Part shown: in pieces, positions 33,658 to 41,077 of the stretch
Position numbering within the stretch: the stretch's first letter is position 1
Layout: every line of letters begins with the position of its first letter
NCBI GenBank assembly: GCA_964406675.1
Contig: CAYOSP010000004.1
Coordinates: 45,426 to 109,425 of the forward strand
DNA length: 64,000 bases
Origin: an uncultured Eubacteriales bacterium
GTDB lineage: Bacteria > Actinomycetota > Coriobacteriia > Anaerosomatales > JAUVQN01
Reading direction: 5' to 3'
Translations under genes and position numbers: made by a program
Notes under the pieces: generated by a model
The model's input: only the letters and a program-made list of their open reading frames with translations
The model's database searches: none
Told to the model about the DNA's origin: nothing

Positions 33658-33687
33658 GACCCCCGCGCCTTGGGAGGCGCGGGGGTC
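33658..33687 (-). terminator. Hairpin terminator downstream of tRNA-Asn
   Basis: Perfect 13-bp stem GACCCCCGCGCCT / AGGCGCGGGGGTC with a 4-nt loop. On the minus strand it is followed by TCTTCTTCG. Confidence 0.6.
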
Positions 33688-33697
33688 TCGGATGCGA

Positions 33698-33772
33698 TGG
33701 CTCCCCGGGCTGGATTCGAACCAGCAACCCTCCGGTTAACAGCCGGATGCTCTGCCGTTGAGCTACCGAGGA
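33698..33772 (-). tRNA. tRNA-Asn (anticodon GTT)
   Basis: Hand-folded cloverleaf: acceptor TCCTCGG/CCGGGGA, D stem GCTC/GAGC, anticodon stem TCCGG/CCGGA with loop CTGTTAA, T arm GCTGG-TTCGAAT-CCAGC. CCA is encoded. 75 nt. Confidence 0.95.
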
Positions 33773-33919
33773 ACGGAGGCTCGGCGGATGGGGCCACGTG
33801 ACGGCCGCATGCGCCCGAGCAGTATACGAGACGGTCGAGCGCGTCCGCAACCGGTGCTGCACGAAGCGTGCCGATACGGTCGGCAGGGGGTCGCCGGGCT
33901 GGTGTACACTCTCGTCGGC

Positions 33920-33994
33920 GGGCCCGTGGCGCAACGGCAGCGCAGGGGACTCATAATCCCTGGGTTGCAGGTTCGAATCCTGCCGGGCCCACCA
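33920..33994 (+). tRNA. tRNA with CAT anticodon (elongator Met or lysidine-modified Ile2)
   Basis: Acceptor GGGCCCG/CGGGCCC, D stem GCGC/GCGC, anticodon arm GGGGA-CTCATAA-TCCCT, T arm GCAGG-TTCGAAT-CCTGC. CCA is encoded. The G1:C72 pair argues against an initiator. Confidence 0.9.
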
Positions 33995-34007
33995 AGACGA
34001 CCACGGT

Positions 34008-34037
34008 GGCCGCCCCGAACGGGGCGGCCTTGCCTTT
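34008..34037 (+). terminator. Rho-independent terminator after tRNA-CAT
   Basis: GGCCGCCCC-gaac-GGGGCGGCC (9-bp stem) followed by TTGCCTTT. Confidence 0.6.
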
Positions 34038-34054
34038 GCTAGACTCTGCCTGCC

Positions 34055-35164
34055 ATGAAACGGAGTCGGACAGAGCGCCGCGAGGCGCGCCGGGCGCGCA
34101 GCCGCCTCATCTACGCCACCGCGATCGTGGGCCTCGTGGCGATCGCGGCGGGTATCACGATCGTGGCGTGGCCGTCGGGTGACGGTGTCGCGGTGTCGAA
34201 CACGGTCCCCGACGCGGGGGACTCCGACGCCACCACCACCGCGGGAACGATCGGGGCCACGGAGTCCGTCGACGTCTCGACGACCGCCGCTCAGGCCCAC
34301 GCGACCCCGGTCGAGGTCCCGGACGTCTCGGGGATGCTCCTCGACGAGGCCGAGATGATCCTGCGCTACGCCGGTCTCACCGTCGAGACGGCTCCGGGGG
34401 CGCCCGGTGCCGACATCGATCCGGATGCCGAGACTTCCCTGCGCGTGGTCGCCTGCGACCCGGTCGCCGGAGCGCTCGTGGAGAGCGGTTCCACGGTGAC
34501 GCTCAGCGTGGAAGCGGTCGAGTCCACCTTCAGGTCGCCGCACCACATCGTGTGCATCGACCCCGGCCATCAGGCGAGATCGAACCCGGATCGGGAGCCG
34601 ATCGGTCCGGGCGCCACCGAGACCAAGGAGCGGGTGCGAGGCGGGACCACGGGCGTGTCCACGCGCATCCCCGAGTACGAGACCGTGCTCGAGATATCCC
34701 TGCTGCTGAAGGCCGAGCTCGAGGAGCGGGGCGTCGAGGTCGTCATGACGAGGGAGTCGAACGACGTCGACATCTCCAACGCCGAGCGCGCCCAGGTCGC
34801 CAACCAGGCGGGAGCGGACCTGTTCGTGAGGGTCCACGCGGACGGTGCGGTGGACGAGGACACCCATGGCGTCTCTGTGCTGTATCCTTCCGGCAACTCG
34901 TGGGTGGCGCCCATCGAGGAGCCGAGTCTCGAGGCCGCCGACGCCGTCCGGGGAGCGCTCGTCGCGGCGACCGGCGCGGCGGACGGCGGGCTCGCGCCGC
35001 GCAGCGACATCACCGGCTTCAACTGGGCGAAGGTGCCGGCGATCCTGGTGGAGTGCGGCTTCCTCACCAACCCGATCGAGGACAAGCTGCTCAACAGCGA
35101 GGACTACCAGCAGAAGGTCGCGGCGGGGATAGCCGAAGGGATCATGGCGTTCCTGGCCGAGTGA
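34055..35164 (+). CDS. N-acetylmuramoyl-L-alanine amidase (Amidase_3) with N-terminal TM anchor and PASTA-like domain
   Basis: Basic N-terminus plus a TM helix. PASTA-like VPDVSGMLLDEAEMILRYAGLTV...GSTVTLSV. Amidase_3 core IDPGHQ...EYETVLEISLLLKAELE...ADLFVRVHADG...ILVECGFLTN. Confidence 0.8.
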   Translation: MKRSRTERREARRARSRLIYATAIVGLVAIAAGITIVAWPSGDGVAVSNTVPDAGDSDATTTAGTIGATESVDVSTTAAQAHATPVEVPDVSGMLLDEAEMILRYAGLTVETAPGAPGADIDPDAETSLRVVACDPVAGALVESGSTVTLSVEAVESTFRSPHHIVCIDPGHQARSNPDREPIGPGATETKERVRGGTTGVSTRIPEYETVLEISLLLKAELEERGVEVVMTRESNDVDISNAERAQVANQAGADLFVRVHADGAVDEDTHGVSVLYPSGNSWVAPIEEPSLEAADAVRGALVAATGAADGGLAPRSDITGFNWAKVPAILVECGFLTNPIEDKLLNSEDYQQKVAAGIAEGIMAFLAE

Positions 35165-35256
35165 GCGCTGCGACGAAGGGTCATCACGAGGTTCATCAGG
35201 AGGGGTGTGACATGCGGGTTTCTCGTGCCGGGGTAGTTCAGGCATACTGACGCGAT

Positions 35257-36717
35257 ATGACCGACTATCCGAGACTCAACGCCGTGATCCTCGCGGGGGG
35301 CACCGGCCAGCGCTTCTGGCCGCTCTCGCGCGAGCTCAGGCCCAAGCAGCTGCTGAGCATCTTCCACACGGATTCGCTCATCGTGGAGACCATCAAGCGC
35401 GTGGGACCCTTCGTGGAGGACCCGGCGGCGGACGTCACCATCGTGTGCGGGATGAACCTGTACGAGGCGCTGCGCGATCACCTGCTCGCGCAGGACGACG
35501 CCTCGATGCGCGAGGTCCGGTTCCTCATCGAGCCGGAGGCGCGCAACACGGCTCCCGCGATCGCGTTGGCCGCGGCGAGTCTCGCGCTCGAAGACCCCGA
35601 GGCCGTCATGGCCGTGCTCCCGTCCGACCACGTGATCGAGTCCGACGGGGAATGGCGTGACGTCATCACCGCCGCCGCCGCACTCGCGGCGGATGACCGC
35701 CTCGTGACGATCGGCATCACGCCCGACCGGCCGGAGACCGGATACGGCTATATCCGCTCCGGGGAACCGCTTCCCGCCTACGACGTCGGCGTCGCGCGCC
35801 CGCGCGTGGCCGACGCGTTCGTGGAGAAGCCGGATGCGGACACCGCTCGCCGCTACCTCGAGGACGGCGGCTACCTGTGGAACGCGGGCATCTTCGTCAT
35901 GAAGGCCGCCACCCTGCTCGCCGAGCTCGAAGCGGTGGGCGAGGACGGTGCCACCATCGCCGATGTCGCCCGCGGGGTGGCGGGCATGTCCGGTGAGGAG
36001 TGGCGATCGGGGCGGGCCGCGGAGGTATTCGGGCAGGCGCCGAGGCTCCCGATCGATATCGCCGTGATGGAGCGTTCGGACAAGGTGGTCGTCATCCCCG
36101 CGGACCTCGGATGGAGCGACGTCGGCTCCCTCTTGGCGCTGGAGGACGCCGCGCAGCCGGACGAGCGGGGCAACGTGGTGTCGGGGCGGGCGCTGACCGT
36201 CGACTGCGACGACAGCGTGGTGTGGGCCCCCGATCGCCTGGTCGCCACGCTGGGGCTGTCCGACATGCTGGTCGTCGACACCGAGGACGCGACCCTCGTG
36301 GCGCCGAAGGACCGGGCGCAGGACGTGCGCGGCGTGGTGGAGGCGCTCAAGGCCCGCGGCGACGCCGAGGTGGCGGAACCGAGGACCGCGCGACGCCCGT
36401 GGGGGAGCTGGACGAACCTCCTGGAGGGTGACGGATTCAAGATCAAGCGCATCGAGGTCGTGCCCGGGCGCCGTCTGAGCCTGCAGCGCCATCAGCACCG
36501 AAGCGAGCACTGGGTGGTCGTGACCGGGACCGCGCACGTCACGCGAGACGGCGATACGGTGGACGTCGGCGTGAACGAGTCCACCTTCATCCCGGTGGGC
36601 ATGACCCATCGCCTCGAGAACGAGGGCGAGGAGCGGCTCGTGATCATCGAGGTGCAGGTCGGCGACTACGTCGGCGAGGACGACATCGAGCGGCTCGACG
36701 ACGACTGGGAGCGATAA
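35257..36717 (+). CDS. manC: Mannose-1-phosphate guanylyltransferase / mannose-6-phosphate isomerase (bifunctional type)
   Basis: AVILAGGTGQRFWPLSR nucleotidyltransferase N-terminus and a C-terminal cupin (RPWGSW...SLQRHQHRSEHWVVV...HRLEN). Confidence 0.85.
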   Translation: MTDYPRLNAVILAGGTGQRFWPLSRELRPKQLLSIFHTDSLIVETIKRVGPFVEDPAADVTIVCGMNLYEALRDHLLAQDDASMREVRFLIEPEARNTAPAIALAAASLALEDPEAVMAVLPSDHVIESDGEWRDVITAAAALAADDRLVTIGITPDRPETGYGYIRSGEPLPAYDVGVARPRVADAFVEKPDADTARRYLEDGGYLWNAGIFVMKAATLLAELEAVGEDGATIADVARGVAGMSGEEWRSGRAAEVFGQAPRLPIDIAVMERSDKVVVIPADLGWSDVGSLLALEDAAQPDERGNVVSGRALTVDCDDSVVWAPDRLVATLGLSDMLVVDTEDATLVAPKDRAQDVRGVVEALKARGDAEVAEPRTARRPWGSWTNLLEGDGFKIKRIEVVPGRRLSLQRHQHRSEHWVVVTGTAHVTRDGDTVDVGVNESTFIPVGMTHRLENEGEERLVIIEVQVGDYVGEDDIERLDDDWER

Positions 36718-36759
36718 CCGGTGAGACAGGCGCCGAACGGTCCGCGGACGAGTGGGACG

Positions 36760-37737
36760 ATGCGCGTCCTCGTCACCGGTGGCGCCGGCTACATCGGTTC
36801 GGTGAGCGCGAAGCTCCTGCTCGACGAGGGGCACGACGTGCTCGTGGCGGACACGCTGGAACGGGGCTTCCGCGAGGCCGTCGATCCGCGCGCCCGGCTC
36901 GTGGTGTGCGACGTGGGGGACCGCGCGTCGATGGCCGAGCTCCTCCGCGGGTGTGACGGCGTTCTCCACTGCGCGGGCTATATCGAGGTGGCGGAGTCCC
37001 AGCGCGAGCCGCTCAAGTATTTCAAGAACAACGTGGGGCACGCGGAGATCCTGCTCGAGGCCATGGACGAGGCCGGCGTGGAGCACCTCGTGTTCTCTTC
37101 CACCGCGGCGGTCTACGGCGAGCCGGAGAGCACGCCGATCACCGAGGACGCGCCGTGTCGCCCCATCAACAACTACGGTACCTCCAAGCTGCACTTCGAG
37201 GAGATCATCGAGGCAGCGGAGCGCGTGAGCGATCTCACCGCGGTGCGGCTGCGCTACTTCAACGTGGTCGGCGCGAGCGAGGACGGCGCGGTCGGGGAGT
37301 CGCACCGGCCGGAGACGCACATGATCCCGCGCATCCTGGACGCGCTGCATCGCGGCGCCGCGGAGTTCGAGGTGTTCGGCGACGACTACCCCACCCAGGA
37401 CGGAACGTGCGTGCGCGACTACATCCACGTGGTCGATCTCGCTCACGCCCATCTGCTCGCGCTCGAGCGACTCGTCGGGGGAGGGGAGGGCGGCGTGTTC
37501 AATCTCGGCAACGGGCGCGGCTACTCGAACCTCGAGGTGGTTCGCGCCTGCGCCGAGGTCACGGGGCGTGAGGTCGAGATACGGATCGGTCCTCGTCGCG
37601 AAGGCGATCCCGCGGTGCTGATCGCCTCGAACGAGAGGGCCAAGGCCGAACTGGGTTGGACGCCGGAGCGAAGCGATCTGCGCACGATGATCGGCGATGC
37701 CTGGGCCTTCAAGCGCAGGTATCCGGAAGGCTACTGA
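36760..37737 (+). CDS. galE: UDP-glucose 4-epimerase
   Basis: MRVLVTGGAGYIGS Rossmann N-terminus, YGTSK catalytic motif, DGTCVRDYIHVVDLA. ATG 36760 is preferred over the track start 36721. Confidence 0.85.
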   Translation: MRVLVTGGAGYIGSVSAKLLLDEGHDVLVADTLERGFREAVDPRARLVVCDVGDRASMAELLRGCDGVLHCAGYIEVAESQREPLKYFKNNVGHAEILLEAMDEAGVEHLVFSSTAAVYGEPESTPITEDAPCRPINNYGTSKLHFEEIIEAAERVSDLTAVRLRYFNVVGASEDGAVGESHRPETHMIPRILDALHRGAAEFEVFGDDYPTQDGTCVRDYIHVVDLAHAHLLALERLVGGGEGGVFNLGNGRGYSNLEVVRACAEVTGREVEIRIGPRREGDPAVLIASNERAKAELGWTPERSDLRTMIGDAWAFKRRYPEGY

Positions 37738-37765
37738 GCCGGCGCTTCGACCGCGCGGCGGGCGC

Positions 37766-37793
37766 TTCACTCCTCTGGGCGGAGTGCTACAAT
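37766..37793 (+). promoter_or_regulatory. Candidate promoter of tRNA-Val
   Basis: TTCACT (37766-37771), a 16-nt spacer, then TACAAT (37788-37793), 22 nt upstream of the mature tRNA 5' end. Confidence 0.3.
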
Positions 37794-37815
37794 GGGCGAC
37801 GCTCTTCGGAGCGAC

Positions 37816-37890
37816 GGGCGATTAACTCAGTGGGAGAGTGCTACCTTCACACGGTAGAAGTCACTGGTTCGAATCCAGTATCGCCCACCA
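37816..37890 (+). tRNA. tRNA-Val (anticodon CAC)
   Basis: Acceptor GGGCGAT/ATCGCCC, D stem ACTC/GAGT, anticodon arm CTACC-TTCACAC-GGTAG, T arm ACTGG-TTCGAAT-CCAGT. CCA is encoded. 75 nt. Confidence 0.95.
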
Positions 37891-37900
37891 GCGAACCTCG

Positions 37901-37930
37901 AGGCCCCGGCATCCGTGTCGGGGCCTTTCT
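37901..37930 (+). terminator. Rho-independent terminator after tRNA-Val
   Basis: AGGCCCCG-gcatccgtgt-CGGGGCCT followed by TTCT. Confidence 0.55.
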
Positions 37931-38004
37931 CGTGTGCGATATCCTGATATGCAGACTGCAGAAGTGGGGTTAGGCGAACACGCCGATGGGCATCCTGCTT
38001 GCAG

Positions 38005-38020
38005 CGTGTCACGTGACGCG
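38005..38020 (+). promoter_or_regulatory. Palindrome upstream of higB (candidate HigA operator)
   Basis: CGTGTCACGTGACGCG is 14/16 symmetric with a perfect GTCACGTGAC core (38008-38017). It ends 13 nt before the higB ATG. Confidence 0.3.
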
Positions 38021-38033
38021 TTATCGTCGTTAC

Positions 38034-38315
38034 ATGATCAAGACGTTCGCTGACAAGCGCACCCAGGAGATCTACGCCACCGGCAAAGCCAAGCGCTTCG
38101 CCCCAGAGCTCGCGAAGCGCGCTCGCCGCCGGTTGGAGTACGTGGACTACGCGTCGCGCATCGAGGACCTTCACGAGCCGCGCAGTAACCGGCTTCACGC
38201 CCTCGGCGGAAACCGCAAAGGTCAGTTCTCCATCTCCATAAACGACCAGTGGCGCATCTGCTTCCGGTTCGAAGACGGGGACGCATACGACGTTGAGATC
38301 TGCGACTACCACTGA
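38034..38315 (+). CDS. higB: HigB-type (RelE/ParE superfamily) toxin, 'plasmid maintenance system killer' family
   Basis: MIKTFADKRTQEIY...RLHALGGNRKGQFSISINDQWRICFRF is typical of HigB. The toxin-first order with a downstream HTH antitoxin fits. ATG 38034 lies within the longer track ORF. Confidence 0.8.
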   Translation: MIKTFADKRTQEIYATGKAKRFAPELAKRARRRLEYVDYASRIEDLHEPRSNRLHALGGNRKGQFSISINDQWRICFRFEDGDAYDVEICDYH

Positions 38316-38329
38316 GAGAAGGTGTGACC

Positions 38330-38644
38330 ATGGCAATCCCCAACACCGGCGGGCGCACCGTCCGTCCGACGCATCCGGGCGAGATGCTGCGTGAGGACTT
38401 CATGCCCGACTACGATCTGACCGTCGCCAGCATGGCAGAAGCCCTCGGCGTCTCGCGTCAGACAGTCAACGAGCTTCTGCGCGAGCGTCGTGCTCTGAGC
38501 CCTGAGATGGCGCTTAGGTTGTCCCAGCTCTTTGGCAATTCCCCGGAGTTCTGGCTCAACGCACAGCGTGCTGTCGACCTGTGGGACGCGAAGCAGGAAC
38601 TCAAGCGCAAGGGCACTCACATCAAGCCGTTGAGTGTCGCCTAA
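38330..38644 (+). CDS. higA: HigA-type antitoxin (XRE-family HTH)
   Basis: HPGEMLREDFM...TVASMAEALGVSRQTVNELLRERRALSPEMALRLSQLFGNSPEFWLNAQ. Confidence 0.85.
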   Translation: MAIPNTGGRTVRPTHPGEMLREDFMPDYDLTVASMAEALGVSRQTVNELLRERRALSPEMALRLSQLFGNSPEFWLNAQRAVDLWDAKQELKRKGTHIKPLSVA

Positions 38645-38777
38645 CCCGCGTGTCAACACAGACAGCGCGGCCCCGCAACGGTATCCTCGGCAGTCAGGGA
38701 TGCGCGGCCGCGCTGCTGGTTACGCGCAAACACGGTGGGAATAGCCGCGTGACCGGGTACGGGTTGCAGACGTCGGG

Positions 38778-38812
38778 CCTGACGTATAGTTTGGCTGAAG
38801 TTGTACGTCAGG
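38778..38812 (+). promoter_or_regulatory. Inverted repeat flanking a TATAGT -10-like box upstream of the vapB-like gene
   Basis: CCTGACGTA (38778-38786) and TACGTCAGG (38804-38812) are perfect 9-bp arms. TATAGT lies at 38785-38790. The right arm overlaps the AGGAGG RBS. Confidence 0.35.
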
Positions 38813-38821
38813 AGGTCACGC

Positions 38822-39058
38822 ATGAAGACCAAACTCACCCTGCGGCTCGATGAGAAGCTCATCGCGAGCGCCAAACGTCACTCGGCGGAATCCGGCAAGT
38901 CGGTCTCTCAGCTGGTCGCGGACTACGTCGCCCTCATCGATGCTCAGGATCGCGACATCGAGATCACGCCACGAGTGCGTTCCCTTCGGGGTGTCCTCGC
39001 CGGTTCCGGCCTCGATGAGAGCGACTACCGGCGTCATCTCGAGAAGAAGCATCTGTGA
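38822..39058 (+). CDS. VapB-like antitoxin (small RHH-type protein)
   Basis: MKTKLTLRLDEKLIASAKRHSAESGKSVSQLVADYV resembles ribbon-helix-helix antitoxins. 78 aa. Its stop overlaps the PIN-gene start (GTGA). Confidence 0.6.
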   Translation: MKTKLTLRLDEKLIASAKRHSAESGKSVSQLVADYVALIDAQDRDIEITPRVRSLRGVLAGSGLDESDYRRHLEKKHL

Positions 39059-39477
39059 AGGTGCTCTTCGACACCGACGTGGTCCTCGATCACCTCTTAG
39101 GGCGCGAACCCTTCGTCGACGCCGCGGAGCAGCTTCTCAGCCTTGCAGACTCCGGAAGGATCGATGGGGTCGTCTGCTCGACGACGGCGACGACCATCCA
39201 CTCCCTGGCGTCCAAGGCCGTCGGCTCGTCGGCGGCCATGGAGTACCTGCGCAAGCTGCTCGCGATCTTCGACGTGGCCTGTGTCGACCGAGACGTGCTG
39301 CAAGTCGCTCTGGACGCGGGCTTCTCGGACTTCGAGGATGCCGTGTTGCATGAGGCGGCCTGCAGGGTCGGCGCGGTGGCGATCGTGACCCGCGACGGCA
39401 AGGACTTCGCGAGATCGACGCTGCCGGTGCTCGATCCCATCGAGTTGCTCGCGGCCGTGTACTCAGGTTCGGAGTAG
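39055..39477 (+). CDS. vapC: PIN-domain toxin (VapC family)
   Basis: (M)KVLFDTDVVLD (first acidic residue), EDAVLHEAA, IVTRDGKDF. 140 aa, coupled to the upstream antitoxin. Confidence 0.8.
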   Translation: MKVLFDTDVVLDHLLGREPFVDAAEQLLSLADSGRIDGVVCSTTATTIHSLASKAVGSSAAMEYLRKLLAIFDVACVDRDVLQVALDAGFSDFEDAVLHEAACRVGAVAIVTRDGKDFARSTLPVLDPIELLAAVYSGSE

Positions 39478-39542
39478 CGGGCGGCGGGAAGGGCGCTCGG
39501 GGAGAAGACCGTGGGCTGTACGGAGCCCGGACGCGGGGCCGC

Positions 39543-41012
39543 CTAGCTCCGGTACGCCAACCGGCCCTCGATCACCGACTCCAGGTTCGTGCTGGTGCGA
39601 AGACCCTCTTCGAGAACCTGCTGCACCGAGGTCGCCACCACCGTCTGCTTGCCCGACGCCTGGAGCACGTCCGCCGGGATCGCGAGGTACGGCTCGCACT
39701 GGCTCGCGTGATAGCCCTGCAGGCAGATGCTGTACTCGCGCGCCGGGTCCACCTGCTCGCCGCCTATCTCGAGCGACACGAGCTCGTCGGCCGTCGTGTC
39801 GAAGACGGCGGCCACGCCGCGGTTGACCTGATAGCACTCGCCCTCGCCGTCGCGGTTCTCGTTACGCATGATGTGCGCGAACGTACCTCGCAGGACCTCC
39901 CCCGAGACGTGGTAGCGCGTCAGTTCGTCGTCGTAGGGGAAGCACGACAGGAAATCGCCGAGCGTCACCGCGGGACCGAGCTCCTCCACCCGCACGGAGC
40001 CCGCGCCCAGCAGCATGACGTCACACTCGGCGGCGTCGGCCAGGATGTCGGCGAGCGCGTTGCCCAGAGTGGTCTCCTCTTCGCGAAGCGGATGCGTGAG
40101 CCTGCGTGCGAAGCGCGTCAGCAACGCGCCGTACTTGTCGTCCACGACCGACTTGTAGCCGTCGATGAACTCGACCAACCGTTCGTCGGGTTCCGCCACG
40201 CCCGGTTCGATCGGCACGAGTCGCCAGGTCCACTCGACGATGGAGTTCGTGTCGTCGTCCACCACGATGTCGAAGCGGCCGATCTGGTCCGTACCCACGC
40301 CGGCCTGCGCGATGAGCACGCCGTTCTCCAGTGCGGGCTGCTCCAGGATCGTGTGTGAGTGCCCGCCGATGATCATGTCCACGCCCCACAGGGGATCGAG
40401 CATGCGGGCCAGCTCCACGTCGGACTCGAACCCGATGTGCGTGAGCAGGATGGTGAGGTCGATATCCTTCTTCCGGTAGGCGTTGGTGATGCGCCCGACC
40501 GTAGCGCTCGCTTCCTCGAGATCGACGAAGCTGCCGATCAGACTGTCCTGCGACAGCGAGTCCATCACCTTCTCGGTGACGATCCCGGTGAAGAGTATCT
40601 CGAAGCCGGCCTTCTCCAACGTCACGTACGGCCGCATGAGGCGACGCTGGTTCTTGCGGATGAAGAGGTTCGCGTTGACCAAGGGGAAGTCGGCCATCTT
40701 CTCGAGGAACAGCAGGTGTGGCAGGCCGTAGTCGAGTTCGTGGTTGCCGAGCGATACCACGTCGGGCGAGAGGTAGTTCATGATCTCGATCGTCGAGATC
40801 CCTTTGAACTCCGAGTCGATCAGCGAGCCTTGCAGCATGTCGCCCGCGATCACGTAGATCACGTGCTCTTCCTCCTCGCGGACCCGGTTGACGTAACCGG
40901 ACAGCAAAGAGAGCCCGCCGATCAGTTCGGACCTGCCTTCCGCGACCTCCGCGAAGAAGTCACCGTGCATGTCGTTGCTGTGCAGGATCGTGAACGTGCG
41001 CGTCGCCGTCAT
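39543..41012 (-). CDS. Bifunctional metallophosphatase / 5'-nucleotidase family protein (no signal peptide)
   Basis: ILHSNDMHGDF, AGDMLQGS, LGNHELD, IIGGHSH, and a C-terminal 5'-nucleotidase substrate-binding domain. The protein begins directly at the catalytic core. GGGAGG RBS. Confidence 0.8.
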   Translation of the reverse strand: MTATRTFTILHSNDMHGDFFAEVAEGRSELIGGLSLLSGYVNRVREEEEHVIYVIAGDMLQGSLIDSEFKGISTIEIMNYLSPDVVSLGNHELDYGLPHLLFLEKMADFPLVNANLFIRKNQRRLMRPYVTLEKAGFEILFTGIVTEKVMDSLSQDSLIGSFVDLEEASATVGRITNAYRKKDIDLTILLTHIGFESDVELARMLDPLWGVDMIIGGHSHTILEQPALENGVLIAQAGVGTDQIGRFDIVVDDDTNSIVEWTWRLVPIEPGVAEPDERLVEFIDGYKSVVDDKYGALLTRFARRLTHPLREEETTLGNALADILADAAECDVMLLGAGSVRVEELGPAVTLGDFLSCFPYDDELTRYHVSGEVLRGTFAHIMRNENRDGEGECYQVNRGVAAVFDTTADELVSLEIGGEQVDPAREYSICLQGYHASQCEPYLAIPADVLQASGKQTVVATSVQQVLEEGLRTSTNLESVIEGRLAYRS

Positions 41013-41077
41013 CGGACCTCCCTTCCGCTACCTTCACATCTTAGCCCGACCGAGCACCTGTCGGATGCCGGTTGGCG

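Noticed and set aside
33920-33994. Initiator tRNA-fMet identity for the CAT-anticodon tRNA.
   Set aside because: It has a G1:C72 pair instead of the bacterial initiator C1:A72 mismatch. The anticodon stem ends in A:U next to the loop rather than three consecutive G:C pairs. Elongator Met and lysidine-Ile2 cannot be distinguished by eye.
33515-35245. The upstream 577 codons of the 1057-aa minus-strand ORF 32072..35245.
   Set aside because: This part runs through two tRNA genes and antisense to the amidase gene. The recognisable protein (REC-PAS-HD-GYP) starts at ATG 33514.
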